Origin: Candidatus Iainarchaeum sp.
GTDB lineage: Archaea; Iainarchaeota; Iainarchaeia; Iainarchaeales; JAAZKV01
Direction of reading: 5' to 3'
Length of the DNA stretch: 64,000 bases
Assembly: GCA_026397015.1 (NCBI GenBank)
Contig: JAPLVR010000006.1
Span: 96,001-160,000 of the forward strand
Part shown: one piece after another, positions 30,180 through 40,165 of the stretch
Numbering within the stretch: position 1 is the first letter of the stretch
How the letters are laid out: each line of letters begins with the position of its first letter
Notes under the pieces: model-generated
Databases searched by the model: none
What the model was told of the DNA's origin: nothing
The model's input: only the letters and a program-made list of their open reading frames with translations
Position numbers and translations under genes: made by a program

Positions 30180-30234
30180 AATAGAAACAAGGAGAAAGTC
30201 GAAAACGGCAAGGCTTCTCAAGACAAGAAATTTA

Positions 30235-31488
30235 TTATTGGCGCCCGTCTCTTAACAGCAAACTTGGAATAATTCCGTTCAATTCCCCGATTTTTTCAAC
30301 CAGATTGGAATACCCTTTTGCCTGCCTTGCAACCCTGCTTCTCAACAAATCGATTTTGCCGGAAATTTCCCTGTGCAATTTTGACTCAACAGAAGGATTT
30401 CTTTTGGCTTTACTTAAAAGTTTTTCCAGTTCGATGCTTGAATGATTAATCATTCTTTGCCATTCCATCAAAAGGCGCAAATTCCTCAGAACGGAAAATT
30501 GAAGGGCCCTTGCCCGTGTGTACGCATGCCCGCTTCCCTTGGAAAGATAAATCTTTTCAAGATTGTCCAAATTTGTTATGACATCCTGGAGGTCTCTTGA
30601 ATAATACAAAAATTTTTTAGGATTAAAATTTTTAGAAGTGAAATCGCGGTTGGCTTCAAGAGCCCTCTGAAAAATCCCTAATTTTTTTATCTGCCTTGTG
30701 TTTTCTGCAACAAACCACCAGACCGGGGGCACCCCTCTTGGAACTTCGCGCTGGAAAGCCGCTATCTTTTTGCGAAGAAGCCTGTAATCACCAACGGACA
30801 TCTTGTCCAAATCTTTTATCTCCGCCTTTAACAAATCATACGCGCTCTTGCCCCCTCTCTTTGGTGGAACAAGTGAAATCGAAAAAGAAAAAAGTTTTGG
30901 CGCCTCTGGCCCGCCAAGCGGAAGAAAAAATGCGTGCTTTCCATCCTCCACCGGAATTGAAAATAATCCCCCCTTTCCGCCTTCCCTTAAGCCCGGCTTG
31001 AAATTTTGCTCCACAAACCTGCGGAGCTTCCTTGCATTCCCGAAATACAGGGCGGTTCTTGTTACAAAACAAAAATGCGAAGCCTGTTGATTTTCCCACG
31101 TAAATTTTCCACCGATTTTTTTTATTATGACCGGAAAATTTTGCGTGTAATGCCCGAAAGGGCTGGATTTCACTTCCAGCGTTTTTGCATTCCTGTCAAA
31201 AGATTTTATTACCCTGTCAACCGCCGCCTTGTCTTTTATGCCCCCTGTGTTCTCAATCAGCGCCAATTCCTTGACGGTTGACAAGAATTCTTTCGACGGC
31301 TTTTTGTCTGTTAAAAATACATCGATTCCACTGGACCATTTTTTTGTTCCGTGGGCAAATTTTCCTCCGAGACCTATAACTTTCCTCTCGGCCCACCTGC
31401 CAAACACTTTGTAAAAGGGAACACGCACCATCACAAAATTAGCGTCGCGGAAGTTTAAATGTGTTTTGGTTTTTGGAAAACCACCCAA
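30235..31488 (-). CDS. Basic hypothetical protein
   Basis: 417-aa ORF, K/R-rich, no recognisable motif; start may be 31431. Confidence 0.7.
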   Translation of the reverse strand: MGGFPKTKTHLNFRDANFVMVRVPFYKVFGRWAERKVIGLGGKFAHGTKKWSSGIDVFLTDKKPSKEFLSTVKELALIENTGGIKDKAAVDRVIKSFDRNAKTLEVKSSPFGHYTQNFPVIIKKIGGKFTWENQQASHFCFVTRTALYFGNARKLRRFVEQNFKPGLREGGKGGLFSIPVEDGKHAFFLPLGGPEAPKLFSFSISLVPPKRGGKSAYDLLKAEIKDLDKMSVGDYRLLRKKIAAFQREVPRGVPPVWWFVAENTRQIKKLGIFQRALEANRDFTSKNFNPKKFLYYSRDLQDVITNLDNLEKIYLSKGSGHAYTRARALQFSVLRNLRLLMEWQRMINHSSIELEKLLSKAKRNPSVESKLHREISGKIDLLRSRVARQAKGYSNLVEKIGELNGIIPSLLLRDGRQ

Positions 31489-31542
31489 TTGAGAAGTTGC
31501 CGAGCGGAATCAAAATTTGAAAATAATATCCGGGTTTGAAAG

Positions 31543-32667
31543 TTAGCCTTCCCATGCAGCGTTTTCTATTTCCTGAACCTTTCTCTTGGCTTTTTTTGAG
31601 CGCATTAACTCTCCCTGGTATATTTTCTTGAGTTCTTTGTCGGAAAGCATCAATTTGTCCCAAGGGACTGCAAATCCTCTTTTTTCGAACATAGAAATCT
31701 TGTGCTTCAATTTTGTATTGCCCATCATCAGATATATTTTTCTTTTCAAAGGGTCCTGACCGCGCGAAGCCAAAAGTTCAACGTTTGCAATAATCTCCCC
31801 AGTTGGAACAATCAGCAATCCTGGATTTGTTTGATAAGCTTGCTTTAGCCCGTACAAACTATTGAGGATTGCCCTTCCTCTCTTTGACCTGAAACTTTTT
31901 TCGTGCAAATATTCCCTGAATTTTGGCGTCTTCGCAATGCTCGCAAGTCTGTCCATTCTCCATGCGCGCTTTGAATACAAATCTATAGTGCCCATTCCAG
32001 CCTTGTAAAGAATCCTTGCGCGGTCCTGCGCGCCCCTTATTCCGAGCTCCTTAACCAAAAGATTGTGGAGCTCGCGCAACTGTTTTTCGGGCATTGTCCA
32101 AAGATCAACATAATTCAGGCTTTTTGAAAAATCGAATCCCAGGCGCTTGAGAAGTTTCGATCTTGCAGCCCTTTGCTTCGGGGTCATTTTTAGCATTGCT
32201 TTTATTTTTGCCGGAGAAGGGCTTATTCCCTTATAATAATCCGTCATGCTTCCCTTTGCTTCCCTTCTCAAAGAGACTGTTCTAACTTTCGTAAGCCCTC
32301 TTTCGGTAACTCCAAGCTCCCCGAAAATCATCCTCCTGAGCTTCTCATTGAAAACCGGCCTTGTCGCCCTCAAATCTGCATGGAATGCATCGTAAATTCT
32401 CCTCTCTGGCTGAGCAAGCCCTTGGTAACGATAATCCGAAATTTTTCGACTGACCAGCTGCCCGATTTTCTCGCGCCCAAGTTTGAGAGCGATTTTATAG
32501 TTGTAATAATCGCCGAAACTTTTGAACTTTGCAGGATAGGCTCTTCCGGTTGCCTTGTTGCGTGCGCTTATTCTCCTCCGCATCCCCTTTAAAACGCGCC
32601 TCTCATACGCCGCCTTTTCTTTCAGATTCATCTTGTTAATTTTTTTTGCGGGTTTTCTCGCGGGCAT
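31543..32667 (-). CDS. Very basic hypothetical protein (MPARKPAKK...)
   Basis: Long K/R-rich ORF with no recognisable motif. Confidence 0.75.
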   Translation of the reverse strand: MPARKPAKKINKMNLKEKAAYERRVLKGMRRRISARNKATGRAYPAKFKSFGDYYNYKIALKLGREKIGQLVSRKISDYRYQGLAQPERRIYDAFHADLRATRPVFNEKLRRMIFGELGVTERGLTKVRTVSLRREAKGSMTDYYKGISPSPAKIKAMLKMTPKQRAARSKLLKRLGFDFSKSLNYVDLWTMPEKQLRELHNLLVKELGIRGAQDRARILYKAGMGTIDLYSKRAWRMDRLASIAKTPKFREYLHEKSFRSKRGRAILNSLYGLKQAYQTNPGLLIVPTGEIIANVELLASRGQDPLKRKIYLMMGNTKLKHKISMFEKRGFAVPWDKLMLSDKELKKIYQGELMRSKKAKRKVQEIENAAWEG

Positions 32668-32850
32668 AAAAATCACGTAACATGAAACAGGCTGCCATGC
32701 AACCCTAATAATTAATTTGCGTTCCCTAAGTATTTAATACTTGCTATTCAACCAACCGTGAAACGGCCAAAAGTGGAATAGGGCGGTTTTCCCGAACCCG
32801 AAAGATTTTTTAACTTCAAGGGGCAGGTCTTGTATAAAGAGGGTGGTAAC

Positions 32851-33768
32851 GTGCCGATAATTAGGTTTCGCGAGCCGCGAATGAAGAAAGAAGTAAAAAT
32901 GGGCTTTGCCCAAAGGCTAAGATGCGGAACAAAAGCAATGATGACCAACCTCCACGTGAGAATGACCAAAAAAACCCCTGCAATAAAATTTTACACGTCA
33001 AAAAACCTCCCGAGAAACACAAGGGTCTGCGTTTTTGGGCCGCACCCTGACGACGCGGCAATAAGCCTCGGCGGAACGCTCCACATGCTTACAAGGCCAC
33101 ACGAGAAAAATAACGTTTTTTCATTTGCGCTTACCAGCGGACACAGGGGGGTTGGAAACCACCACGACCCGAAAATAAACAGGCGGCTTACGCCAAAAAT
33201 CAGGGCATACATAAGGAAGAGGGAAACCCGCGCGGCAGACAAAATAATCGGGATAAAAACAAATTTCCTCGACATGGATTTTTACGAAAAAGGGAAGATT
33301 ACCGCGCTCGACATGAAAAAAGCCGAAGAGGCGCTGCAAGCCGTAAAACCGAAAATAATCTTCATGCCTGCGCACGGCGACATAAAACAGGAAACACACC
33401 AATTTTCCCACGAACTGCTGAAAAGGGCAATAAACAATTACGTGAGAAAAACCGGCGAACCTTTGGAAATATGGTTTTATGAAACGCCCTACTACAGCCT
33501 TTCTCCAAGAATGCTGAATGTGGAAGTGGAGCTTGCCGAGAAAAGCAACAGCGCGAAAATTGCCTCACTTGGAAAACTTAAAAGCCAGACCGCAAGAACC
33601 AATCTTGAAGCCGAAGAAAGGCTTGGCGATGCGAGGAAGGGAATAGTTGAACAGGAACTAAAGCACAACGGAAACAGGAAAATTCTCACAAAAATAAGCC
33701 CTGTTGCAAATTTTTCAAGGTGCGCGGTAAGAAGGAGGCTCTTCGGAGTCAGCTGGAAACTATTATAA
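32851..33768 (+). CDS. PIG-L/LmbE family deacetylase with basic N-terminal extension
   Basis: VFGPHPDDAAISLGGTL, LTSG, RKRETRAA, WFYETP, LKSQ. Confidence 0.8.
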   Translation: MPIIRFREPRMKKEVKMGFAQRLRCGTKAMMTNLHVRMTKKTPAIKFYTSKNLPRNTRVCVFGPHPDDAAISLGGTLHMLTRPHEKNNVFSFALTSGHRGVGNHHDPKINRRLTPKIRAYIRKRETRAADKIIGIKTNFLDMDFYEKGKITALDMKKAEEALQAVKPKIIFMPAHGDIKQETHQFSHELLKRAINNYVRKTGEPLEIWFYETPYYSLSPRMLNVEVELAEKSNSAKIASLGKLKSQTARTNLEAEERLGDARKGIVEQELKHNGNRKILTKISPVANFSRCAVRRRLFGVSWKLL

Positions 33769-33828
33769 TCAAATATTTTTTTAATTATTTAAAATTTAAA
33801 AAGACAAGAATGAAAAGGCACGGTAAAA

Positions 33829-34692
33829 ATGCCAAAAAAAAATCCCATAGTTGAAAGGATACGGAAGCTCAGGATGCTCCACAAGACAAACGAAAAAAGG
33901 CCGGACTTTTACGGGCTGGGCCTGTTCCACGGAAGCGGAAAGGAGCTCTCGCAAATGAGGATTGCCGCCGCGCAGAAAAGGCTCGCGGCAGCAAACATAA
34001 AACCAAAAGTGACAGCAAGGCTCCTTGCAAAAATTGCAAGGGAAACGAAAAAGATGGGCTGGCACGAAAAGGAACTCAATGAACTTGTGCAGGCAAAACA
34101 AAAGTACATAGACAACCGCCTCTATCCAGAAAAGCTGGCGAAGCAGACATCGCAGAGAATAAAAAAAATCCATGAAAAAATGATGCTGGCGGAGAACACA
34201 ATAAAAAAAACACAGGCGCACATTGACAGGATACGCGCAAAAAAAGACAAAAGATACGACAGAAAAATATTCGCGCTTGAAGCGAAAAAATACCGGAAAA
34301 AAATGTTCAGCCTCATGAGGCGGCAGGCGCTTTACAGGCTTGCCGGCAAGGGCAAGGAAAGGTACAAATCGTTTGAACTTGAAATACTCGAGCAGGAAAA
34401 AGCCTACAGGATGTACCTGAAAATGGCAAAAATCAGGGAAAAATTTGACATTTTTGAGGCGAGGGAAAAAAAATTCGACAGGATGAACGGAAAACAAAAA
34501 ATTTCCCACCTGCAGAACGAGATAAACTATTTGAAACAATCAATAAGGCTCACCAGCGAGAACCCCTGGCTGGTCGCCGAAAAAATCGGGGGCAAAGCCG
34601 GGCACTTCACTGACATGCAGCTTGACATACTGAATGAAAAAATGGAGCTTCTCAAAAAGCTTCAAAACGCGGTCTCCGAAAAGCCCAAATAA
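33829..34692 (+). CDS. Very basic helical hypothetical protein (MPKKNP...)
   Basis: 287 aa, K/R-rich, coiled-coil-like. Confidence 0.75.
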   Translation: MPKKNPIVERIRKLRMLHKTNEKRPDFYGLGLFHGSGKELSQMRIAAAQKRLAAANIKPKVTARLLAKIARETKKMGWHEKELNELVQAKQKYIDNRLYPEKLAKQTSQRIKKIHEKMMLAENTIKKTQAHIDRIRAKKDKRYDRKIFALEAKKYRKKMFSLMRRQALYRLAGKGKERYKSFELEILEQEKAYRMYLKMAKIREKFDIFEAREKKFDRMNGKQKISHLQNEINYLKQSIRLTSENPWLVAEKIGGKAGHFTDMQLDILNEKMELLKKLQNAVSEKPK

Positions 34693-34734
34693 ATGGTTTT
34701 TTAAACACAAAAAACCTTACTCATATCGGTAAAA

Positions 34735-35865
34735 ATGTTTCAGGAAGCCGCAATAATTGTCTCAATTGCAGGGCTGATTGGCGCCACCTACACCGACTTA
34801 AAAGAAAGAATAGTTCCAAACAAGCTTAACTACGGCCTGGGTGCAGCAGGGCTCGCAATTTACAGCGCGCAAAGCCTATTCGAAGCGAGCTGGAATCCGA
34901 TATTTTATTCAATAATCGGATTGGCAACGGGTTTCGCATTCGGATGGCTTCTCTGGAAGCTCGGCGTCTTCGCCGGCGGGGACGTCAAACTATTTGCCGG
35001 ACTCGGCGCGCTCAACCCCCTGACTCCGGCGCTTGCGCAAACCATCAACCTATTTAACGTGCTTCCAAAATTTTACTCGCTTGGCCTTTTCTTTTTTCCA
35101 ATAACGCTTTTCATTTATTCCCTCATTTCTTTCCTCCCGTACGGACTGGTGGTCATCTTTTTCAAACTCTCAAAAAACAAGCCGTTTCAGAAAAAGCTTG
35201 CAAAGGAAGTGGCCATGCGGGCGAAGCAAGCCGCACATTTTTCGCTCTTTGCAGCGGCCGCATACACGCTGATTTACCAAATGACCCCAAACCCCCTCCT
35301 TGCACTTGTCGCAGTAATCGCGTGGGGGCTGCTCGGAAAGCACAAAAAATTTGCAACCATTCTCGCGCTTCTTTGGGCGCTTGCGGTGAATTATTCGATG
35401 CTTATTCAAAACGTCATAACACTAATTATTATTTCGATAATCGGCTATGGAACGGTAAAACTGCTTTTTTCGCTTAGGGCGCTCCTTTCAAAGAAGGTTG
35501 CCGTTGCAAAACTTGAAGAGGGGATGATCCCCGCAAACAGTTTTTTATACAGCGGAAAAAAAATTGTTATGGTTGAACCAATTTCTATTGAACAAATAAT
35601 TAGATATGCAAAAGAAAAAAAACTAGTTGAAATGCTGCGCGGATTAACGGGCGAGACGAAAGAAATAATTTCATCGAAAAAAGCCAGGGGCATGACACTC
35701 GAAGAAATACACCTGGTGAAAAAACTTGCGAAAGAAGGAAGAATGCCCCGAAAAATTACGGTGAAGGACTCGATGCCTTTCGTACCGACAATGCTAATCG
35801 GCTACTTCATCTGTCTTCTAATCGGAGATTTTTTTCTGATGGCATTTGTTGGGGGCATCTTATGA
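34735..35865 (+). CDS. Prepilin peptidase (A24 family, EppA-like)
   Basis: TDLKERIVPN, AGGDVKLF aspartate motifs, extra TM helices, MPFVP C-terminus. Confidence 0.9.
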   Translation: MFQEAAIIVSIAGLIGATYTDLKERIVPNKLNYGLGAAGLAIYSAQSLFEASWNPIFYSIIGLATGFAFGWLLWKLGVFAGGDVKLFAGLGALNPLTPALAQTINLFNVLPKFYSLGLFFFPITLFIYSLISFLPYGLVVIFFKLSKNKPFQKKLAKEVAMRAKQAAHFSLFAAAAYTLIYQMTPNPLLALVAVIAWGLLGKHKKFATILALLWALAVNYSMLIQNVITLIIISIIGYGTVKLLFSLRALLSKKVAVAKLEEGMIPANSFLYSGKKIVMVEPISIEQIIRYAKEKKLVEMLRGLTGETKEIISSKKARGMTLEEIHLVKKLAKEGRMPRKITVKDSMPFVPTMLIGYFICLLIGDFFLMAFVGGIL

Positions 35866-36323
35866 AAAAAGGGCAGGCATCAATAGAATTTGTAATAATT
35901 GTTTTCATAGTTATTCTTTTTGTTTTTACAACCACTAAACCACTGCTCGAAAACGCAAAAGGACTTACAGAAGACATCGCAACAATCACAAGGGCAAATA
36001 ATGAGACGAAAAAACTTGGAAACACAGTTATGGAAATTTCGATGCTTGGCGCGGGCTCAAAAAAAACAATCGAACTGAATGTGCCGAAAAATGCAGTGGT
36101 CCACTGCTATCAGGACAGAAATATCGGCTTCACGGTTGAACTGCAAGTGCCTCCATATCCAGAGGACTGCAACAACGGAATATGTGACAAAAATATAATC
36201 ACTGCGAAGTCATTCAACGGAACATCACCGGTTGACTGTAACTCGGAGTTGGTGAACATAAGGGGCCAAAGGACAATTGAAGTTAAAAAAATTGAGGGCA
36301 CACAAAATATATCCATAAAATAA
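35862..36323 (+). CDS. Class III signal pilin-like protein
   Basis: KKG-QASIEFVII. Confidence 0.85.
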   Translation: MKKGQASIEFVIIVFIVILFVFTTTKPLLENAKGLTEDIATITRANNETKKLGNTVMEISMLGAGSKKTIELNVPKNAVVHCYQDRNIGFTVELQVPPYPEDCNNGICDKNIITAKSFNGTSPVDCNSELVNIRGQRTIEVKKIEGTQNISIK

Positions 36324-36343
36324 TTTTCAACGGGGCAACCAGA

Positions 36344-36688
36344 ATGAGACAAACCGGGCAGGTGAGTTTTGAGGCTTTGATAATTTTGCTGGTGGTAATA
36401 AGCTCCGCCATTTTCATAACAACTCTTTACCTGCAAACCCACGACATCACTGTTGCAACGGCAATATGCAGAAACGATTTGCTGCAGCAAATCAATTCAT
36501 TTGAGGGGCAGACAACTCTGGAAAGCATAAGGGTGACTGTAAATGCTGCAAAAGTTGCGACAATAAATGTCAAAACGACGCCTGATAATATTGACATAAA
36601 CAATTTTAAAAATTCAAAGATACAGGAAACAATCTCAAAAATAAAAAGCAATACCTCCTTCAGCGACGTGGAAATAACAATAAACTAA
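36344..36688 (+). CDS. Class III signal pilin-like protein
   Basis: TG-QVSFEALII. Confidence 0.82.
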   Translation: MRQTGQVSFEALIILLVVISSAIFITTLYLQTHDITVATAICRNDLLQQINSFEGQTTLESIRVTVNAAKVATINVKTTPDNIDINNFKNSKIQETISKIKSNTSFSDVEITIN

Positions 36689-36778
36689 AAAACGCGGCCG
36701 TTTTGAATTGCCGATTGATTTTCGTTGCTCGACGAAAAAAACGCTTTCTTTTTATTTGCCCAAAAAACATTTTTTCTG

Positions 36779-37114
36779 ATGAACGAAAAAATGCTCGCGC
36801 GAATCTGCCTTGCAATAACTATAATCGGAATGCTCCTGATGCTTGTTTTTTACAGCCCTGACTTTGGTGAAAAAAGCGTCTCCGAAATATTTTCAATGGA
36901 GGATGAAACAAACGGCCTTTTTTCCGGAAGAATAGATTATGTGATAAAAAATGAGCCTTCGACCAACTTCATCCTGAACGACGGAAATACCACCCTTGTT
37001 TATTACCCAAAAAAAACCGATTTGAAAAAGAATGATTTTGTAAAAGTTTATGCGACGAAAAAGACTCTAAACGGAAAAATCGAGCTTTATGCGCACAAAG
37101 TGGTCAGAGAATGA
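36779..37114 (+). CDS. Membrane-anchored OB-fold-like protein
   Basis: N-terminal TM, then a beta-rich pattern (GRI...FILND...VKVY...GKIELYA). Confidence 0.6.
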   Translation: MNEKMLARICLAITIIGMLLMLVFYSPDFGEKSVSEIFSMEDETNGLFSGRIDYVIKNEPSTNFILNDGNTTLVYYPKKTDLKKNDFVKVYATKKTLNGKIELYAHKVVRE

Positions 37115-38274
37115 TTTTTTTCTACTGCATTCTCGGCATAATAGCGGGAATAATCGCAGGGTTAATCCCTGGTTTGCACACGAACAATATTTCAATACTG
37201 GCGCTTGCAAGCCCCCTTTTTGGAACGGAATTTGCCGCTTTTATTTTAAGTATGTGCGCCGTACAAACTTTTGTCGATTTTATTCCTGCAATTTTTATCG
37301 GGGCACCCGATAGCGATACCTTCGAAGGAGTCCTGCCCGGACACACGATGCTGCTTGAAGGAAAAGGAATGAACGCAATCTGCCACACGGTTTTTGGCGG
37401 AATAGTTTCACTTGTAATCGGAGCGCTTTTGACTCCCTTTTTCTTCCTATTCATCGTGCAGAACAGCGACAACATAATAACTGTAACTCCAATCATTCTT
37501 GCATTTTCGCTTTTAATGTTTGTTTTAGGAGAGGATACCAAAAATAAAAAATTATTCTGCTTATTTGCAATAATCTGCGCCGGCACTCAGGGATTTCTAT
37601 TCAAGAATCAGATATATCCGCTCATAACGGGCTACTTCGGGGTGCCTGCAATCGCATATGCCCTGGAAAAACAGCACAAACAGATAAATCAATCCGAAGA
37701 AGTTGAAATAAAAAATGAAAATATTTTTGATGGGCTTCTTGGAATGGCAGGGGGCTCAATGGTCGCGCTGATGCCCGGAATCGGAAGCAACGTGGCGGCA
37801 GGAATAATAAGACTATTTACAAAAAAAATAAAACGCGAAAATTATCTGACATTGATTGGAAGCATCAATGCTGCAAATTTCTTCTTTTCATATGCAGTGC
37901 TTTTTGCGCTTTCAAAAGCCAGAAACGGGGCGATGATCGTGCTAAAAGAAAAAATATTTTTCACAAACGAAACATTCCTGCTAGGCATAACAATCATGGT
38001 TTTTGCAGGGGGCATCGGGGGAATGGCGACCATTTTTTTCGCAAAAAAGGCAATCGGCTTTTTCACCGAAAAAAGGACGCTTGCGCTTTCAATCGGGGCG
38101 CTCGCCACGATGATTTTGCTTGTCGGGATATTCAACGGGGTTCCGGGTTTGATAGCGCTCGTATTTTCAAGCGCACTCGGCTTTCTGGTTCTGTTCAAAA
38201 AAATCAGGAGGAGCTGCTGCATGGCCTCGCTCATAATTCCCGCAATGTTTTTCTACACATTCATCCTAATTTAG
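37111..38274 (+). CDS. TctA-like (DUF112) multi-pass membrane protein
   Basis: GLIPGLHTN, DFIPAIFIGAP, LPGH...EGKG, MPGIGS. Confidence 0.85.
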   Translation: MIFFYCILGIIAGIIAGLIPGLHTNNISILALASPLFGTEFAAFILSMCAVQTFVDFIPAIFIGAPDSDTFEGVLPGHTMLLEGKGMNAICHTVFGGIVSLVIGALLTPFFFLFIVQNSDNIITVTPIILAFSLLMFVLGEDTKNKKLFCLFAIICAGTQGFLFKNQIYPLITGYFGVPAIAYALEKQHKQINQSEEVEIKNENIFDGLLGMAGGSMVALMPGIGSNVAAGIIRLFTKKIKRENYLTLIGSINAANFFFSYAVLFALSKARNGAMIVLKEKIFFTNETFLLGITIMVFAGGIGGMATIFFAKKAIGFFTEKRTLALSIGALATMILLVGIFNGVPGLIALVFSSALGFLVLFKKIRRSCCMASLIIPAMFFYTFILI

Positions 38275-38642
38275 TGATGTGGAAAATGAAAAAGAGCGTT
38301 CTTGAGGACATGCTGCTCAGCGCGAAAAATTCTTACCCGCGCGAATTTATTTCGCTTCTTGGTGGGGATTTGCAGGGGAAAAAAATAAGCGAATTTGTCA
38401 TCCCGCCGGCCGAGAGCGGAGTAAACTTTAGCTCGGTAAATCTTTATGCGATTCCAATTGATGAAACCATAATAGGAAGCATCCATTCACATCCGGGCAA
38501 TTCGGCTCTTCCAAGCACTGCTGATAAAAAATTTTTTTCGAGATTTCTTATGAACGCGATAGTCTGCCTTCCATTTGGCGAAGAAAACGTTGCTTTCTAT
38601 GATTCCACCGGGAAAAAAATAAGAGTTGAAATTGTTGAATAG
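38274..38642 (+). CDS. JAMM/MPN+ metalloprotease
   Basis: YPRE...GSIHSHPGNSALPSTAD, an intact JAMM motif. Confidence 0.9.
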   Translation: MMWKMKKSVLEDMLLSAKNSYPREFISLLGGDLQGKKISEFVIPPAESGVNFSSVNLYAIPIDETIIGSIHSHPGNSALPSTADKKFFSRFLMNAIVCLPFGEENVAFYDSTGKKIRVEIVE

Positions 38643-38676
38643 TAAGGTTAAAAAAAGCGAAAAGCGTTATTCTTTC

Positions 38677-39102
38677 ATGAAATCCGGACAGATAAGCCTA
38701 GACTTTATGATCGCCGCGCTGATTGCGGTAATAACAATCGGCTCATTTTTGGCTGTCGTGGACAATTTCAGAAACGATTATGAAAAAATGTTCGTGGAAA
38801 ACCAGCTGAAAAAAATCGCGTCTGAAATAGGCTCATTCGCGACAAGTACACAATCAATGGAAGACACCCGTTTCACGACGGAAATGCGCCTCCCAAAAGT
38901 ACAATACAAGGGCAGCACGATGCTTCCGGAAATAAATTTTTATGACGGGCGGGTGGATGTAAATGTAATAATAAACATCGCGTCTTCAGGCGGGCCAAAA
39001 AGTGAAAACATCGGCGCAACGGCTTTTTTCTCGCTCCCGATCGGCGCAAGAATTGACACCAACCAGGACATGTACCAGTGGGTGATTGTAACAAATGAAT
39101 AG
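38677..39102 (+). CDS. Class III signal pilin-like protein
   Basis: KSG-QISLDFMIA. Confidence 0.8.
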   Translation: MKSGQISLDFMIAALIAVITIGSFLAVVDNFRNDYEKMFVENQLKKIASEIGSFATSTQSMEDTRFTTEMRLPKVQYKGSTMLPEINFYDGRVDVNVIINIASSGGPKSENIGATAFFSLPIGARIDTNQDMYQWVIVTNE

Positions 39103-40165
39103 GGGGCAAATAACCACAATCGATTTCATTCTTGCGGCAGGGATTGCAATATTCTGTATCGGCGCCCTAATGAGTTTTGCAGAGCTTAAAACTTATGAAA
39201 TAAAAGAAAACATCGGGGCGAAAATTTTGGAGGAAAAGGCAGGTGCTGCAGTGGCGGTCCTCGCAAGCGGAGCAAAATTCGGCTGCCAGAAAGGAGATTA
39301 TAATTTGGCTTATTCGATAGACATGAACAAAATCCGCTTACTGAGTAAAAATGACCTAAAAAGAATTCTCGGCATTGGGCCAAATGAGGATTACAACATA
39401 AATATGAAAATTGGGGGGGCACCAATAATTGATGAGGCGCCGAACGGAAGAAATATTTTTTCAGTTGATTTGAATCTGCTTGGCTGCAACGATTCAAGCG
39501 TGGGCGGGCCAATCGGATTGTGGCATTTGAATGATAACCTATATGATTCGAGCGGCAACAACCAGACATTACAAAATTTCGGGGCAGCTTGGGATTATGG
39601 GAAAGATGGCAATGCACTAAAATTTGACGGGTTGGATGATAATGTTGGCATTAGTGGAGCGGGCAGCATTTCTGGCGCGAGAACTATTATTGCGTGGGTA
39701 AAGCCAAATTTCAACACTGGTAATGGGCTTCCTGTTATAACAGGCGGGGCTTCAGGAGCAGGAGACTTTTTTGGAATAGCAGGAACTTCTGGAGGGTGCA
39801 ATGTTGGTCAGTATGAATTATATATTGATCATTGGGGTTATGCCTGCTACGATAGTAATATTAAAGTTTTAACCGGTGTCTGGAATCAAGTTGCATTAGT
39901 TTACACAGGTTCAAGCATTACATTTTATGTAAACGAGGTGGCGGGTAACACTCTGCCAAACCAGTTGTACGATTATGGGATTAACACATACACCATTGGA
40001 GGAAATATAATTGGTGGGACCACAACAAAAGGATCATTTAATGGTTTAATTGATGAGGTTGCAATCTGGAACAGAACTTTGAGCGCGGATGAAATTCGCG
40101 CGCTTTATCTTACTGGGCTTTATAATGTTAAAAGAGAAAAGGCAACATTGAAGGTGAGCAAATGA
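39095..40165 (+). CDS. Pilin-like protein with inserted LamG/concanavalin A-like domain
   Basis: RG-QITTIDFILA; GLWHLN..DSSGN, ALKFDG, TIIAWVK, WNQVALVY, FNGLIDEVAIWNRTLSADEI. Confidence 0.88.
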   Translation: MNRGQITTIDFILAAGIAIFCIGALMSFAELKTYEIKENIGAKILEEKAGAAVAVLASGAKFGCQKGDYNLAYSIDMNKIRLLSKNDLKRILGIGPNEDYNINMKIGGAPIIDEAPNGRNIFSVDLNLLGCNDSSVGGPIGLWHLNDNLYDSSGNNQTLQNFGAAWDYGKDGNALKFDGLDDNVGISGAGSISGARTIIAWVKPNFNTGNGLPVITGGASGAGDFFGIAGTSGGCNVGQYELYIDHWGYACYDSNIKVLTGVWNQVALVYTGSSITFYVNEVAGNTLPNQLYDYGINTYTIGGNIIGGTTTKGSFNGLIDEVAIWNRTLSADEIRALYLTGLYNVKREKATLKVSK

